A DNA stretch of 64,000 nucleotides from Candidatus Sulfomarinibacteraceae bacterium (GCA_963796455.1 CAWCLO010000010.1:224001-288000), one strand, 5' to 3'. Shown: positions 9,959 to 21,599, counted from the stretch's first letter. Notes: generated by a model from the letters alone, not told the origin. Numbers and translations are program-made.

Positions 9959-11044
9959 TCAGAAAAGAAAATTGCGGAGCGCGGCCGCAACCTCGATGCG
10001 CCGCCACTTGGCGCCGCGGTCATAATCATCGATGTCCGCATCCTCGATCTGGAAAGTTGATTCCGGTTCGTTCCACCCTGAAACCTGCCAGGGGGTCCGT
10101 CCGAGCACCGTGATCCGGATACCGATGTTGCGGCTGTCCACAGCGTCAGCTGCCGTCGGGGACTGCTCCCACTCGTTTTGATCCACCAACCCGTTGTTGT
10201 TGGCGTCGATCCCGAGGGCGATCTGAAGACCGCCGATATTCGTCGCCACCGGTAGATCGGAGGCGCCAAATCTGTCGGCACGCATCCGTCTCAGCTCGAG
10301 GGCCGGGTTGACGTAATAAACATAGGACTCGAAAACGCCGATACGGTAGACGTCGAAGTTGGGCGGCATCGCGGCACCCGAGGGGTTGAGACCCCAGAAC
10401 CACGCGGCCGTCGAACCCTGAGCTTTGATGGGGATGGTCAGCGTCCGGTTGGGATTGACCCCCGCCAACACCGATCCGGAAGCGATCTGGCCGACCACGT
10501 ACCGCGACTGGTCGAGGTTGCCCATCATGACCACTCCGCGGCCCTCGAGGCCGGCAACATCCACGTCCCCGATCAGATTCATGATGGTATTGCCGCCATC
10601 GATCGATGTTGTCTCACGGACCACGACCTGCAGCGAGCCGGTCGAAAAATCCGATCTGTCGACAAAAAATGGAGGGATTTCGAAAAAGCCCCGCATCATC
10701 AGCACGTCGGAGCCCTCTTTGACTGCCACCGAAGTGCCGAAGGGGGTGGTAAAAGAACCCGACACATCGTTGGCGACACCACCCGCGATCCAGGTCGGCG
10801 TCCCTGCCACATTGACGGCAAGCAACATCGTGGCACCGCCCATCATGCGCGCTGTGCGCATCATGTGATAGGCGGCAAAACGCACGTTTTCCTGGGTGTC
10901 GGCAAGTGCGGTTTCGATTCGCGACACCTTGGCCGACGAGTCGAGGAGGTTGAGGATTCCAATCATGAAGATTGCAAAGACGGCCATTGCCACCATGACC
11001 TCAACCAGGGTATAACCCGCACGACCGCGTAAACCGATTTTCAT
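9959..11044 (-). CDS. PilW-like minor pilin (cassette 1)
   Basis: AG|YTLVEVMVAM N-methylation motif; QENVRFA; VATNIGGLQIALGIDANNNG; IRITVLGRT; LRN C-terminus. Confidence 0.87.
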   Translation of the reverse strand: MKIGLRGRAGYTLVEVMVAMAVFAIFMIGILNLLDSSAKVSRIETALADTQENVRFAAYHMMRTARMMGGATMLLAVNVAGTPTWIAGGVANDVSGSFTTPFGTSVAVKEGSDVLMMRGFFEIPPFFVDRSDFSTGSLQVVVRETTSIDGGNTIMNLIGDVDVAGLEGRGVVMMGNLDQSRYVVGQIASGSVLAGVNPNRTLTIPIKAQGSTAAWFWGLNPSGAAMPPNFDVYRIGVFESYVYYVNPALELRRMRADRFGASDLPVATNIGGLQIALGIDANNNGLVDQNEWEQSPTAADAVDSRNIGIRITVLGRTPWQVSGWNEPESTFQIEDADIDDYDRGAKWRRIEVAAALRNFLF

Positions 11045-11048
11045 GACC

Positions 11049-11507
11049 TTATCCCGGAACCTTGAGGCTGGTCACTGTAAGCACTCGGCGGCCTTCGAGA
11101 ATCTGATTGGTCGAAGCGACGGTCATCGAAATCCGCTTGAGGTTCGCGTCAGCAGCCGTCGCGGCTTCCGTCCATGCCGCGGAGGCCTCGGTCCAGTTCT
11201 GCACCCGAAAGTCTTCGACCGTGTAGTTGATCGTGAAATTCGGACTCTGAGGATCCAATGTTGCCGGGGTGCCGGCAGTGTCGACCAAGGCGGCATCATC
11301 AAATGCCAGCGCCTGCAATCCTTCGAGAGCAAATCGAGCCTCGGCCGCCAACAGGGCATAATCGTGTCCCGAGGCGTTGGTCACCATCGCGTGCGAAAAC
11401 AGACCGGCAATGCCCAGCGCGACAAAGCTCAATATCATCAAGGCCACCAGGACCTCAACGAGGGTAAAGCCGTCATGCCCACCACGGTTCTGATCAAAAC
11501 CGCCCAT
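11049..11507 (-). CDS. PilV-like minor pilin
   Basis: DG|FTLVEVLVALMILSFVALGI; small; LKRISMTV near C-terminus; lies between fimT-like and pilW-like genes. Confidence 0.82.
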   Translation of the reverse strand: MGGFDQNRGGHDGFTLVEVLVALMILSFVALGIAGLFSHAMVTNASGHDYALLAAEARFALEGLQALAFDDAALVDTAGTPATLDPQSPNFTINYTVEDFRVQNWTEASAAWTEAATAADANLKRISMTVASTNQILEGRRVLTVTSLKVPG

Positions 11508-12148
11508 CAGTACCTCCAGTGCCTCAGCTCGGGAACCCAACCGTTGGCTTCTTCCGCATCCCACATCCGTTCTTCCACGGTTCCCGAGGCACGAACCTGA
11601 ATCATGATTCGGTTGTTGTATCGATCCGACAGCACGAATGCGCCGATGCCCGCACCCACATCGTTGGCGTGGACGATGGCGCTGCCGTCGGGAAGAAAGA
11701 CCACGCCCCGGGTCGTCCCCGACATCGGATGCAGCGACCAGTTCGTCTCGGTCGGTTCCGGTCCGATAAAAGTATTTGGTCCCATGGGCCAGCGGCCGAC
11801 CACCTCATCGCCCGGATCCGGCGCCTCATCAGAGGTCTCATCGACCCAGGCCACCACCGTATGATTGGGTTGCACCGAGTCTTCAGGCGTCAGTAAGACC
11901 GCCACGCGGCGGCTGTTCTTGATCGCGTTGATTCGCGCCACCGCCAGCGCCTGGCGGGTCATCTTGACCTCGTCCATGAGATCCGCCCGCACCATGGCTC
12001 GGCGCAGATTCGGAATGGCGATGCCGACGATCAAACCGATGATGGCCAACACCACGAGCAGCTCGATCAGAGTGTAACCGCGCTGCGAATCTTCGCGGCG
12101 GTAGTCGGCAAACGATTCGGGCCCTTGACACTTCATCAATTCAAGCAT
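11507..12148 (-). CDS. FimT/FimU (GspH-like) minor pilin
   Basis: RG|YTLIELLVVLAIIGLIVGIAIP; ARINAIKNSRRV; VVFLPDG; SD GGGGAGG. Confidence 0.85.
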   Translation of the reverse strand: MLELMKCQGPESFADYRREDSQRGYTLIELLVVLAIIGLIVGIAIPNLRRAMVRADLMDEVKMTRQALAVARINAIKNSRRVAVLLTPEDSVQPNHTVVAWVDETSDEAPDPGDEVVGRWPMGPNTFIGPEPTETNWSLHPMSGTTRGVVFLPDGSAIVHANDVGAGIGAFVLSDRYNNRIMIQVRASGTVEERMWDAEEANGWVPELRHWRY

Positions 12149-12203
12149 GCGTTGCCTCCCCGTGGGCCGTCAAGACCTCGGCCCCTACCTTAAAAAACCT
12201 TTG

Positions 12204-12232
12204 ACAATAGTAATTTGCGAACATTTGGTCGA
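12204..12232 (-). promoter_or_regulatory. Possible sigma70 promoter for pilus cassette 1 (TCGACC-N17-TATTGT)
   Basis: AT-rich intergenic gap 12150-12328 upstream of the fimT-like gene; imperfect consensus. Confidence 0.3.
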
Positions 12233-12328
12233 AATGCCTGCGAATCTGATGATTAGGTGATAAATGACTATGCGGCCGGGTCATCAAATCCTCCGATCGA
12301 CGGTTTGAGCCCGCCACATCATCCACCG

Positions 12329-12793
12329 CTACATCATCGGCGTCGGCATCATTTCGACCGGCACGATCTCTCCTTCGACCACCACGGTCAACCGATCGAT
12401 CCGGCCGATCTCGATGGGGGGTCGCTGAACCCTGCCGATCCGCATCCTTTCGCCATCATCAGCGTCAAACCGGCCCGCAATATTGATTTTTCGTTCTTCC
12501 CTACCTGAACGGTAGAGGATTTCCAGGCGCACATCCACGTGGCAGCCGTCCTTCTCACGACAGACGAAAAAGCAGGACCACTCGGTGTACTCAGGTTTGA
12601 CGAGGGCCTTGAGATCAACGAGGTCGACCGCGATATCGGGAGACTCCAGGGAGATTCCATCCACACTGAAGCCATCCCCACCCGGAGAAGCAGACGACCC
12701 GGAAGGGCCCCATGCCCGCCAAGCGACCAATGCGATCGCCACCACTGCGACCGAAGCCAAGGCAACAATCCAGGTTGTTCGATTCGACATCAT
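12329..12793 (-). CDS. Membrane-anchored hypothetical protein, last gene of cassette 2 (paralog of 1872-2339)
   Basis: TM segment; WSCFFVCREKDGCH; IAGRFDADDGERMRIGRVQRPP. Confidence 0.75.
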   Translation of the reverse strand: MMSNRTTWIVALASVAVVAIALVAWRAWGPSGSSASPGGDGFSVDGISLESPDIAVDLVDLKALVKPEYTEWSCFFVCREKDGCHVDVRLEILYRSGREERKINIAGRFDADDGERMRIGRVQRPPIEIGRIDRLTVVVEGEIVPVEMMPTPMM

Positions 12794-12795
12794 TC

Positions 12796-13614
12796 CTACT
12801 GAATCGGGGTCGGTTGGGAGGGCGGTCCCGTACCGACTCGTCGCGCGGGTGCCTGACCGAGATCCTCGGGCGAACCCGAATCCGCCGGTCGTTCCCTTTC
12901 CATCCAGATAACGGTTGCACGGACATCGGGATGGTTCTTGTCAACCGGTTTCGCGGCCGAAAACACCTGCTCGAAGACCGCCTTTTCACCGGGTTCGAGA
13001 TAGGTGGCAACCTGAACTTGCGAACGCCAGATTTCCTCACCGGGTCCGGGCTGGCTTTCCAGACGAACGGAAATATTGTTGGCGGGAAAACGATTGCGAT
13101 TGACGATCTCGCCCGAAATCTGCCACTCGTCTTCACCGACCGAGATCACCCGAACTCTGTTGACGAGCACGTTCCCACCCTGTCGATAACCCTCAGGCAT
13201 TTCCCCGGAGGCCTCGACCTCAGGTTCCTCCGCAAGCTCGTCATCGCCCAGCACACCGCTGCCGCGAACATGCCGCACCTCGCGATCGGTGATGGCGAAA
13301 CCAGAAGCCGGTTCCCCACCGACGTTCTGGGGGCTCTTGAGCGTTCTTCCCGAGGTCAGTCGTTCAACGCTGTCGTTGCTTGGATCTTCGGCATCCGCCG
13401 ATCCGTCGTCAGCCTGGAGGAGGGCCTCCACATCCACATCGACGACGTCGTAGGCAACCCGTCGGCCATCCGCCAGTTCGAGCATCACGTAGGACCCGGT
13501 AATCCGAACCGAAGAGGCCTCGAGCACCGTGCCGTCACGCAGTCGGACCTCGACCGCCGCCACGGCGCCGGCCAACAATAGCGCGCAGCTCAGAGCCCAA
13601 AGGACACGTCTCAC
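12796..13614 (-). CDS. Secreted hypothetical protein (paralog of 2339-3187)
   Basis: Signal peptide; same motifs and same position in the cassette as the paralog. Confidence 0.75.
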   Translation of the reverse strand: MRRVLWALSCALLLAGAVAAVEVRLRDGTVLEASSVRITGSYVMLELADGRRVAYDVVDVDVEALLQADDGSADAEDPSNDSVERLTSGRTLKSPQNVGGEPASGFAITDREVRHVRGSGVLGDDELAEEPEVEASGEMPEGYRQGGNVLVNRVRVISVGEDEWQISGEIVNRNRFPANNISVRLESQPGPGEEIWRSQVQVATYLEPGEKAVFEQVFSAAKPVDKNHPDVRATVIWMERERPADSGSPEDLGQAPARRVGTGPPSQPTPIQ

Positions 13615-13618
13615 ATGA

Positions 13619-16600
13619 TTACTCTTGTCGCCAGTTGGTAACGCTGTGCTCCCTGATCAACGGGAATTCCTCGGTCTCTCCGGGACCATCAGTGGTCCCC
13701 GTGAAAGTGACGTAGGTATCGCCGCCGATCGAGTAGTCCTCACTGCCGGTAATAATATCATTGTGTTCGGTGTACTCGCCGATCCCGCACTCGTACCACA
13801 ATTTGTAGGTTCGACCGATGCCCGTGGCGCGACACACGACGTCGACCTCGGTTGTCGAACCGGTTCCGGAACCGCACTGGTTCGGAGCATTCGTCGCGGT
13901 GTCGGTGGACGGGTCAAAAGTCGGGAAGAGCACGTAGCCGTCGATCACAGTGGAGTCGAAAACGACTTTCTCCGTGTCGCGCAAGGTGAGATACCAACCA
14001 TAGTCACCGCCCGTGGGATTCAGCACACTCCCGTCCGGACAAACAAAATCAAGGCTGTCGTCGAGATCAGCATCGCTGAAAACCAGGCTGCTGTAGTCCA
14101 TCTCGACCAGGTCCGCCTCCCCGCGTGTGGTCGTGTCACCTACATCCATCACAAAGAAGAAATGGTCGATTCCGGAATCATCGCGGGCCAGATCGGCGCG
14201 GTCACCCGATCCCATCGCCAGGGCCCACGTGTAACCGGTGCCGTCAAAGACCACTGGGACCAGGGTCGGCTTGGTGAAGAACTCCTGCCGGTCAACAAAG
14301 TCCGTCTGGAAGTTGAAGATATCGGTCAAGGTTCCAGCGGTCGCACCGGTCTGGCCCACATCCGTGGGCGAAAGATACTGGAGCCTGAAAATGCGGCCAT
14401 GGGAGTCGCCGAAATAGATCCGATCGTGGAAGCCGTCGATATCCGAGTCGAGGGCCGTCACTCCACCGGGGACATCGACACCGATCGCCTCCTTGACCAG
14501 GACGGTCCCGGTCTCGAGATCCACGCCGTAGAAGAAGGTCCCCGTGGCATCGGAGTCGGTCTCGTCCCAACCGCCACCGAAGAAGGCCACGAAGACATCG
14601 TCGGGATCGCTGGGATCGGAGGAGTTGTACACGGCGATCCGCGCGATGGCCGGCTTCGACCAGGTCCACCCGAGATCCCACCACGGCGCACAATCATCCC
14701 CTGAGAGACCACCGAGACAATTGGTGTCTTGATCCAACTCGTCTTTGAATTCCCACATCAGACGCGGCCACTCGCCGTCACAACCCGAAATGGATCCTAC
14801 CCGGCAACCGGCAAACTCTGAAACCTCGGGAAGATAATCCGGTGAGGCACCGATCGGGTCGGGTTGGGTGATATCGAAAGCCGCCATGCCCCGGCCGCCG
14901 CGCCGCATGGTCGTGATGGCAACCGTCCGCCACTCGCGGTCGCCGTCGCCATCCGAGTCGATGAAAGCATCGGACTTGGTGATCGGACCGTCCACCATGT
15001 ACTGGGGCTCGATGTGGTCGAGGCCCCCACCCGAGGTCAGATCATAGAGCCGGTGCATGATCGCCTGGGGCACCCAGGCTGCCAGCTCAGTTCCGGTCCC
15101 GAGATCGTGCACCAGGTGATAGTCCTCTGTGGTATCGACACGATCGCGGTCCCAGACACCACCATCGAAGAAGTGGAGCATGCCATCGTTGCCGCCCACC
15201 AGGATCATGCGCCGCCGTTTGGCCTGTTTCGTCATGAAGTCAACATAGCTGCTGGCGCCATAACCATAGTCGTAATAATAGGTTGGTGTATTTGGCGGAT
15301 TCACGATCAAGGGTTGGGAATGATAGAACTCGCCATAGACCGGATAACCCGTCGGTCGCGGCTCGGCCGGCGGCCCGGCGTTCCCCGCGGTGAAGTCGTT
15401 GTCCATATAGATATTCCGGACAAAGTTGGCGATCTGCTGCGACAGCACATCGTCTTGGGCTCCAGGCCGATTGAGATGATCCCAGAACTCGGAACGAAGG
15501 GTCGCGTTGTCCGGCAGCGTCGCCAGATCGTGGCGCGCCCATTCACCGGTGCTGTCCGAGCCCATATAGACGAATCGTTTCGGGTTGCCCTCGGTGTGGG
15601 CGGCGAGCTGTTCGGCCAGTCTTTCGCTTGCGTCCCACACCAGTTCGTCGGTGTCGAGTTCACAGTCACCGGTGGTGGGCAGGGTCGGCTGGGCTTCGTT
15701 CAAAGCAAAGCCGTAGAGCGAACCGCCCCACAAGGTAAAGCCCTCTTGCGGTTGGAAGAGCGGGAAGATCGCCAGCGAATCGAGCGAGGGCTCGCCGCCG
15801 GTCGAGGGCGGCGGTGGGGCGACCTTGAAGGGAACGAAGGACCGCGTGCCGGCCTCCAGGCGATAGAAGACCTGGTACAAGGCCTCGGAGAGCTGGCCGG
15901 CGTCTTCGGCGGTCAGGAAGAGGCCACCGGTCTGTTCGGCAATACAACTCAAGGGTGAGTCTTCGGCGACCGATTCCGAAAAACCGATGGTATAGACCGG
16001 CAGTGGCGGCACTCCCGGGATCCCCGGATCGGCGAACTTGGAGGCCGCCTCGCCCGGATCGCACACCTTGTCCGGATCCGGTTTGAAACCATTGGCCGGG
16101 CAATCGCCGACACCTGCCGGGGCGCAGGCCTCGAACTCGCATCCTTCTTCGCCATCGGTGATCAGCACCACCCACCAGTTGCGACAGTCCTCGTAGGAGT
16201 CGGTGGCCCAGGCCCCGGTGGTCTTCTGATCCACATACCAGTCGAAGGCCTCGAGCAACGAGCCGTTGATGGGCGTGGTGCCGTCCGCGATCATCGGCAC
16301 CGGGTCGTAATCCGGGCTCGCCGGGTCGTTGTCAAAGCTGTCGACCCACGAAAAACCGGAGTTCGATTCGTACTGAACCGCCGATGTCATGGGTTCGAGG
16401 AAGGTCCGAATGGCGCTCAAATTGGTCGAATCGGTGGGCCCGGGAAGGTCCTCGAGCAGATTCCATCCGTTGCAATAGGGGTTCGAGTCGATCGAACCGT
16501 TGTAGGAGCTGTCGAAGACGGGCGCTTCGGTGTTGACATCGATCTTGCCGAGTTCGGGCGCCGGTTGGATGTGGCGGCCGGCCGAGTAGTCGAACAGCGC

Positions 16601-17838
16601 GCCCTCGTAGAGATACTTGAAGGGAACGATATCGGTACGCTCGTGGGCCCATCCCTGCCACGGGTCGCAGACCAGACTGCCACCTGGGCCCAGATCTGAG
16701 ATTCTGAGGTTGTCGTGCTTGTATTCCCAGCTGGGGCTGAGGAAGGTCCACAGCTGGCTGCGATAAAAGCCGACCATCCCCGGGGTCGTGATGGGAGAGG
16801 GGTCGATCGAGTCGACCGGGCCCTGGAGGATTTCACACCAACAGTCGTCGATGTTGGCGTCGGTGCAGATCCCGGTCGGCGCGGCGGCCGAGGCGCAACC
16901 GTAGTAGAGGGTGTCGACACCCGGAGTATCGCCCCATGGCATCAGGTACTGAACCCGGAAGCTCGGGTACATCCAATCGAGGCGGAAACGAAACGCTCGA
17001 CCCGTCCTCAGGCATTGCAGTGAGGTCGTCGACAGGGTGGCCGCGGTCTCGGTCCCCGGCATCTTCGCGACCACGGGACCATTGGCGAGCTCGACCCAGT
17101 CCTGCTGGCCGGAGATGTTGCCGAGTCGATCCCAGCCCTTGACCCGTGCAAGGTGCCAGGTGGATTGGTAGGCCGGGAGCACGCAGTTGGCGCTGCTGCC
17201 AGTGAAGCCGTTCGAACTGCCGGGGGTGATGTAGAAGATGTAGCCGTCGGCCGGTTTGCGGTCGGCCGGACCGAAGTTGGTATCGACGGTCGACGAGAGA
17301 TTCCAGACCAACCCGGGCAAACCGAGCTGATGCCAGGCGATGTCGACCTCGTAGCGGATATTGGTCCACTGGGCGGGGTCGTAGTTCCCCGGATAGGGGT
17401 TCTCCGCGCCGTCATCAGGATCGCTCGGCGGGATCGAGTCGCGGATCACGTGGAAAACGCTGTTGGTCGGCGAACCGTAGAGGGCGAGTGCGTGCTGCTG
17501 GCCCCACATGAAATAGGGGTCGTTGTCAGCCCACGAGGGCTTGATGGCATAGACAAAGAACTTGGCCTTCCAGGACGAGCCGCTCTCCCACTGTTGCCAC
17601 TGCCACCAATTCTGGCGTCGGAGTCCCAGGGGATGCTCTGCGAGGTACTGTAGCTCTCGAAGTCCTCGAAGAAGACCTCGGTCGCGGCGGCGGGAAAGAC
17701 CTGGGCCTCGACCGCCGGCGCTAAGATCAGCGCCGCCAGTGCCAGGGCACCAAGCGCCAATGAGGCAAAACGACCGGTTTTTATTCGCCACCCGACGGGG
17801 GCCGATGTATTTGCGATGAGTCGTGGATAGTAATCCAT
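13619..17838 (-). CDS. PilY1-like adhesin, C-terminal part (B2); one frameshift near 17614
   Basis: ORF 17446-17838 supplies the signal peptide and QVFPAAATEVFFEDFE (matches B1 VFPAAAPALVFYDDFE). ORF 13619-17791 supplies the rest (GTTPI, LITDG, GGNDGMLHFFD, DSDIDGFHD, NWRQE). Adding one C in GACGCC[C]AGAAT joins the frames. Confidence 0.83.
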
Positions 17839-17856
17839 GGCTTTCTCCCGTTCTCG

Positions 17857-19874
17857 TCAGGTGGTCGGCGTCGACGTCTTGGTAGCCGTCGATGTCGGGG
17901 TCGGCGGACGCGGCGTGGCGGTCGCCACCGGCGTCGGAGTCGAAGTGGCCAGGGGCACCGGGGTATTTGTCGGACCCGGGTCGGGGTGTTGGTTACACTC
18001 CCGTTGTCGGCGTCCTGGTCGCTGTTGACGCAGAAGTCGGCCACGGCGTGTTGGTCGCCGGGACGGATGTGTTCGTCGGCGTCCTGGTCGGCGTCGGCGT
18101 GCCGTAGCTGCCCTCGTAGGTCACGGCACAGACGTCGTCGCAGTACAGATCGCTCCCATCACCCGCACCGCCGGCGATCTTGAAATCGAAGCACACCGTG
18201 TAGATGCCGTCCCAGATGATATAGGGCGCGCTGTCCCTGAGATAGGCCCACCAATGGGTGGTGACCCCTGCGCCGATATTTTCCGTACCCGCGTATCCCC
18301 CGGTGGCCGGGAGGGTCGTCAGTTCAACCGGGCGCACATATCTGCCCGGTATAGGGCACAACGCTGTAGCTGCCGGTGCTTTCGTCCCAGATCTCTTCCG
18401 AGGTGGAACCACATTAGTTGGTGGCACCGTCGGTGCAGATCCGCATCCAATCGTGGTAGGCCCACTTGCGCATGTTCTGGCCCCAGTCAAAATAGAGGCG
18501 TTCGATGGTGGCGGTCTGTGGGTGGCCGTTGTAGAGCGTGGCCCCCATTTGACCGGCATAGCCCGAACTCGAGCCCTTCCGCATGTTGGTGACCGAGACC
18601 CGGCAGGTCGGGGTCTGGGTCGGGGTCGGGGTGAAGGTCTCCGTCGGCGTCGGGGTGATCGTGAAGGTCGGGGTCCAGGTCGGTAGAGTCCCGGCCGGCA
18701 CACACACCTGCGTATCGCGCTCCTCGACCGAATTGACATAAAGCATCCAGTCGGAGGTGTCGTCACCGTCGTAGTCACCTTCATTGACGCTGTCGAGGTC
18801 GTAGTCCTCGGGTTGGCCGGTCTCCGCCACAGCCTCGTTGCCGACTGGGCTCCCGCCGCTGTCGACTGCAAGAAAGTGGTTGGGGTTCCCGCCGACCGTG
18901 GTTGGGATCTCGAGCCGAATCCGCCTTTTGTACTTGATGAGATTCGGGCCGACCATCTCTTCCCACGCATTCTCGCAGGCGCCGGCGACCGGGCTGCCGG
19001 TGCCGTCGTCCCAGATCGGATCGTTGGGGTCGCAGCCGGGATAGTCCTCATCGGCCGGGTCGAGTTGGCCGTAATACCACTCCTCGGGGATGATCTGCCC
19101 GGTTCCGCCATCGCGGATTCCGGAGTCGTAGAAGGGAAAGACATTGTCCTTGCAAAGGGTCACGTCGTCGGTATCGTCTGCCGGAGTCTGCATGTTGTCT
19201 ACAAAGCAGTTACCGAAGTAGATCGGCATCAAATCGTACGGCGGGGGCACATCGACCTGGGTCACCGGCGGTCCAGGGTCGGTGTAGGTGTAGTCGATCC
19301 AACCCGTGTCGTAGGCGTTCACCGGACCAAAGCGGTCGGTGGTCGCGGTCGTGGCGGGGTCGAAGTAGAGCTTGTAACCGATCAAGCGGTTTTTGATGAT
19401 ATCCGCCGGAACATCGAGAATGATGCCCGAGTGGTTTTCCGAATAACCCATCCGGTAGGCGTAGGTGGCCTCGATCATGTGGAAACGATCCTGGGCGCGC
19501 GCCTCGTAGACCCAGTGTTTCTGCGGAATCGGGTTCGAGGCATCGGTGGGTTGGGCCTGGGCATATCCGGCCAGCGCGAAGTTCGCCTGGCCGACCGTGT
19601 CCAGGAAATCATCCAGAACCTTTTTGGCGATACCCATCCTCGAGTAAGGATCGTCGCCCGCGCCGGGCACCATGGCGGCGTTGACCTTGGCGCCGTCAAG
19701 GATTCCGGGCACCTCGGGGCTGGCCACCATCGAACTCGATGAATCGAGGATGAAAATGATATTCGGAGGCGCCGCCACCTCGCGCAAAAAATCGCGATCA
19801 TCGGCGAGGGCAACCCCGCACAGACCGACAGCGGCCACCAGCACCAACCATCTCGTGAGTCGACTATGTCTCAT
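17857..19874 (-). pseudogene. PilY1 N-terminal-like protein A2 (vWA N-half, variable domain, Thr/Pro tail); C-terminal third disrupted (real lesions or assembly errors)
   Basis: PPNIIFILDSSSSM and [14 protein letters not shown] match A1. In-frame TAA at 18414-18416, frameshift near 18345, and two more near 17995 and 17972; the Thr/Pro frame ends at TGA 17857-17859. Confidence 0.72.
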
Positions 19875-19896
19875 GACTGCTCCCTCGATCGGCACA

Positions 19897-20421
19897 TCAG
19901 TAACACTCCCCTACGGCTTCGAACGCCTCTTCGTGAAATGGGCTGGCAACCACATCGGCCTGTACCGCCGCACGGGTCGTGCCCGCGAGACCGCCGATGC
20001 TTCGGGTCGCTTCGCTGCGAAGATAAAAATGGCGTTCGAGATAACCTTCTTGAAAACCCACCATCGGTTGCGCGGGTTCGGTTTCGCAAAACTGGTCCAC
20101 GGTGACGCTGAACTGTCCTTTGAGGAGACCCGGCAGATTGCCGTCATCCTCCAGAATGAAGGTCCCGGGTGCGCCCACAACCCCCATTTGAATCATTTCA
20201 ATCTGCATCATCGCACCGGCATCGGCGGCATAGAGCGCCTTGGTCACCCAACGATCGGTTCCGGAGGCCTGGAGCCCGAGCGAGGTCTGCAACAGCAGAC
20301 CCATGCCCAGAAAGACCAGCACCAGCGAGACCAGAAGCGCCATGATCAAGGCCGCACCGCGCTCGGATTCCCGATTTGCGTGGCGGGTCAGCGGCTGGGG
20401 AATGTTTTGGTTCAGCATCAT
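19897..20421 (-). CDS. PilX-like minor pilin (cassette 2)
   Basis: [38 protein letters not shown], identical to the cassette 1 PilX over this segment. Confidence 0.87.
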   Translation of the reverse strand: MMLNQNIPQPLTRHANRESERGAALIMALLVSLVLVFLGMGLLLQTSLGLQASGTDRWVTKALYAADAGAMMQIEMIQMGVVGAPGTFILEDDGNLPGLLKGQFSVTVDQFCETEPAQPMVGFQEGYLERHFYLRSEATRSIGGLAGTTRAAVQADVVASPFHEEAFEAVGECY

Positions 20422-20427
20422 GCCCCC

Positions 20428-21576
20428 TTAGATCATGAAGTTCCGGAGAGTGGCCCTGAGCTGGATGCGACGCCATTTGGCGGAGCGATCCACATCACTG
20501 GCTTCCATGTCCTCGATATTTTCGAAAGTTTCGGCCGGTTCCTGCCACTCGGGAACCGGAAATGGCGTGCGGCCCAGAACGGTGATCCGCATCCCGATCA
20601 CCTGGTCGCCGGTGAGATCGCCGGGACCGGTCGGGGCGTTTTCCCACTCGCCGGCCTCGACCACACCGTTGCCGTTCGTATCGACCCCGAGCGCGATCTG
20701 CAGGCTGCCGATGTTGACCGCCACCGGCTCCGGACCGCTGGAAGAATCAGAAGTCCGAAAACGCATCAGGGTGTTGTCGTTGCGGACATAAAAAGTGTAG
20801 GACTCGAGGATTCCGACCCGGTAGACCCTGAAGGTCGGGGGGTAGGACGCCAGTGCAGAATTCATCTCCGGCCAGAAGGTTCCGTCGCCGGCCTGGTGTT
20901 GAAGCACCAACTGCTGGTCGGGGGAGCTTCCCGAAAGGATCGAACCGGAGGCTATCTCACCGACACAGTAGAGACCCTCACCCATGAAGATGATTCCCCG
21001 ACCGGCAAGACCGCTGACCGTTAGCGCATTGAAATTGTTGACCGCAGTTCCGGCAGGGTTTTTCTGGTTGATATCGAAGGTCCCGGAGCCACTGGCGTTG
21101 TATCCATTGGCATCGACAAAAAAGGGAGCCACCTCGAAGAAACCCCGAAGCGTGATCACATCACTACCCTCGGCCACCTGGACGTTCGGGACATAGCCCG
21201 GGATAGTGACCGAACCGCTTTGGTTCGAGGCAAGCTGGCCACTGACCCAATAGTCGGTCCCGCCGTTTCGGGTGGCAAATGGCATGTCGCCGCCGCCGAC
21301 CATCCGCGCGGTGCGCATGATGTGATATGCCGAAAAACGGACATTCTCCTGGGTATCGGAGAGGGCCTTTTCGAGCTCGGAAACCTTGGTCGAGGTATCG
21401 AGGAGGTTGAGGATTCCAACCATGAAGATCACAAAGACCACCGTGGCGACCAGCATCTCGATGAGCGTGTAACCCGCGCTGGACCGGGATCCTGCGCGAA
21501 AGACACGCACAGCGATCGCCCGCTCGCATCGCCGCTCGGTGTGTTCTGAATCACAAAGTTGACCTGGATGGTTCAT
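20428..21576 (-). CDS. PilW-like minor pilin (cassette 2)
   Basis: AG|YTLIEMLVAT; DTQENVRFSAYHIMRTARM; LQIALGVDTNGNG; paralog of 9959-11044. Start uncertain. Confidence 0.87.
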   Translation of the reverse strand: MNHPGQLCDSEHTERRCERAIAVRVFRAGSRSSAGYTLIEMLVATVVFVIFMVGILNLLDTSTKVSELEKALSDTQENVRFSAYHIMRTARMVGGGDMPFATRNGGTDYWVSGQLASNQSGSVTIPGYVPNVQVAEGSDVITLRGFFEVAPFFVDANGYNASGSGTFDINQKNPAGTAVNNFNALTVSGLAGRGIIFMGEGLYCVGEIASGSILSGSSPDQQLVLQHQAGDGTFWPEMNSALASYPPTFRVYRVGILESYTFYVRNDNTLMRFRTSDSSSGPEPVAVNIGSLQIALGVDTNGNGVVEAGEWENAPTGPGDLTGDQVIGMRITVLGRTPFPVPEWQEPAETFENIEDMEASDVDRSAKWRRIQLRATLRNFMI

Positions 21577-21599
21577 GAATTGGACAAACCTCCATATTC

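Noticed and set aside
17620..17791. ORF-track N-terminus MANKNRSF of the 1390-aa PilY1
   Set aside because: Wrong frame; the homologous signal peptide and VFPAAA start lie in the 17838 frame.
18414..18416. Programmed stop-codon recoding (Sec/Pyl) in A2
   Set aside because: The stop is TAA and is accompanied by nearby indels; mutation or assembly error is simpler.
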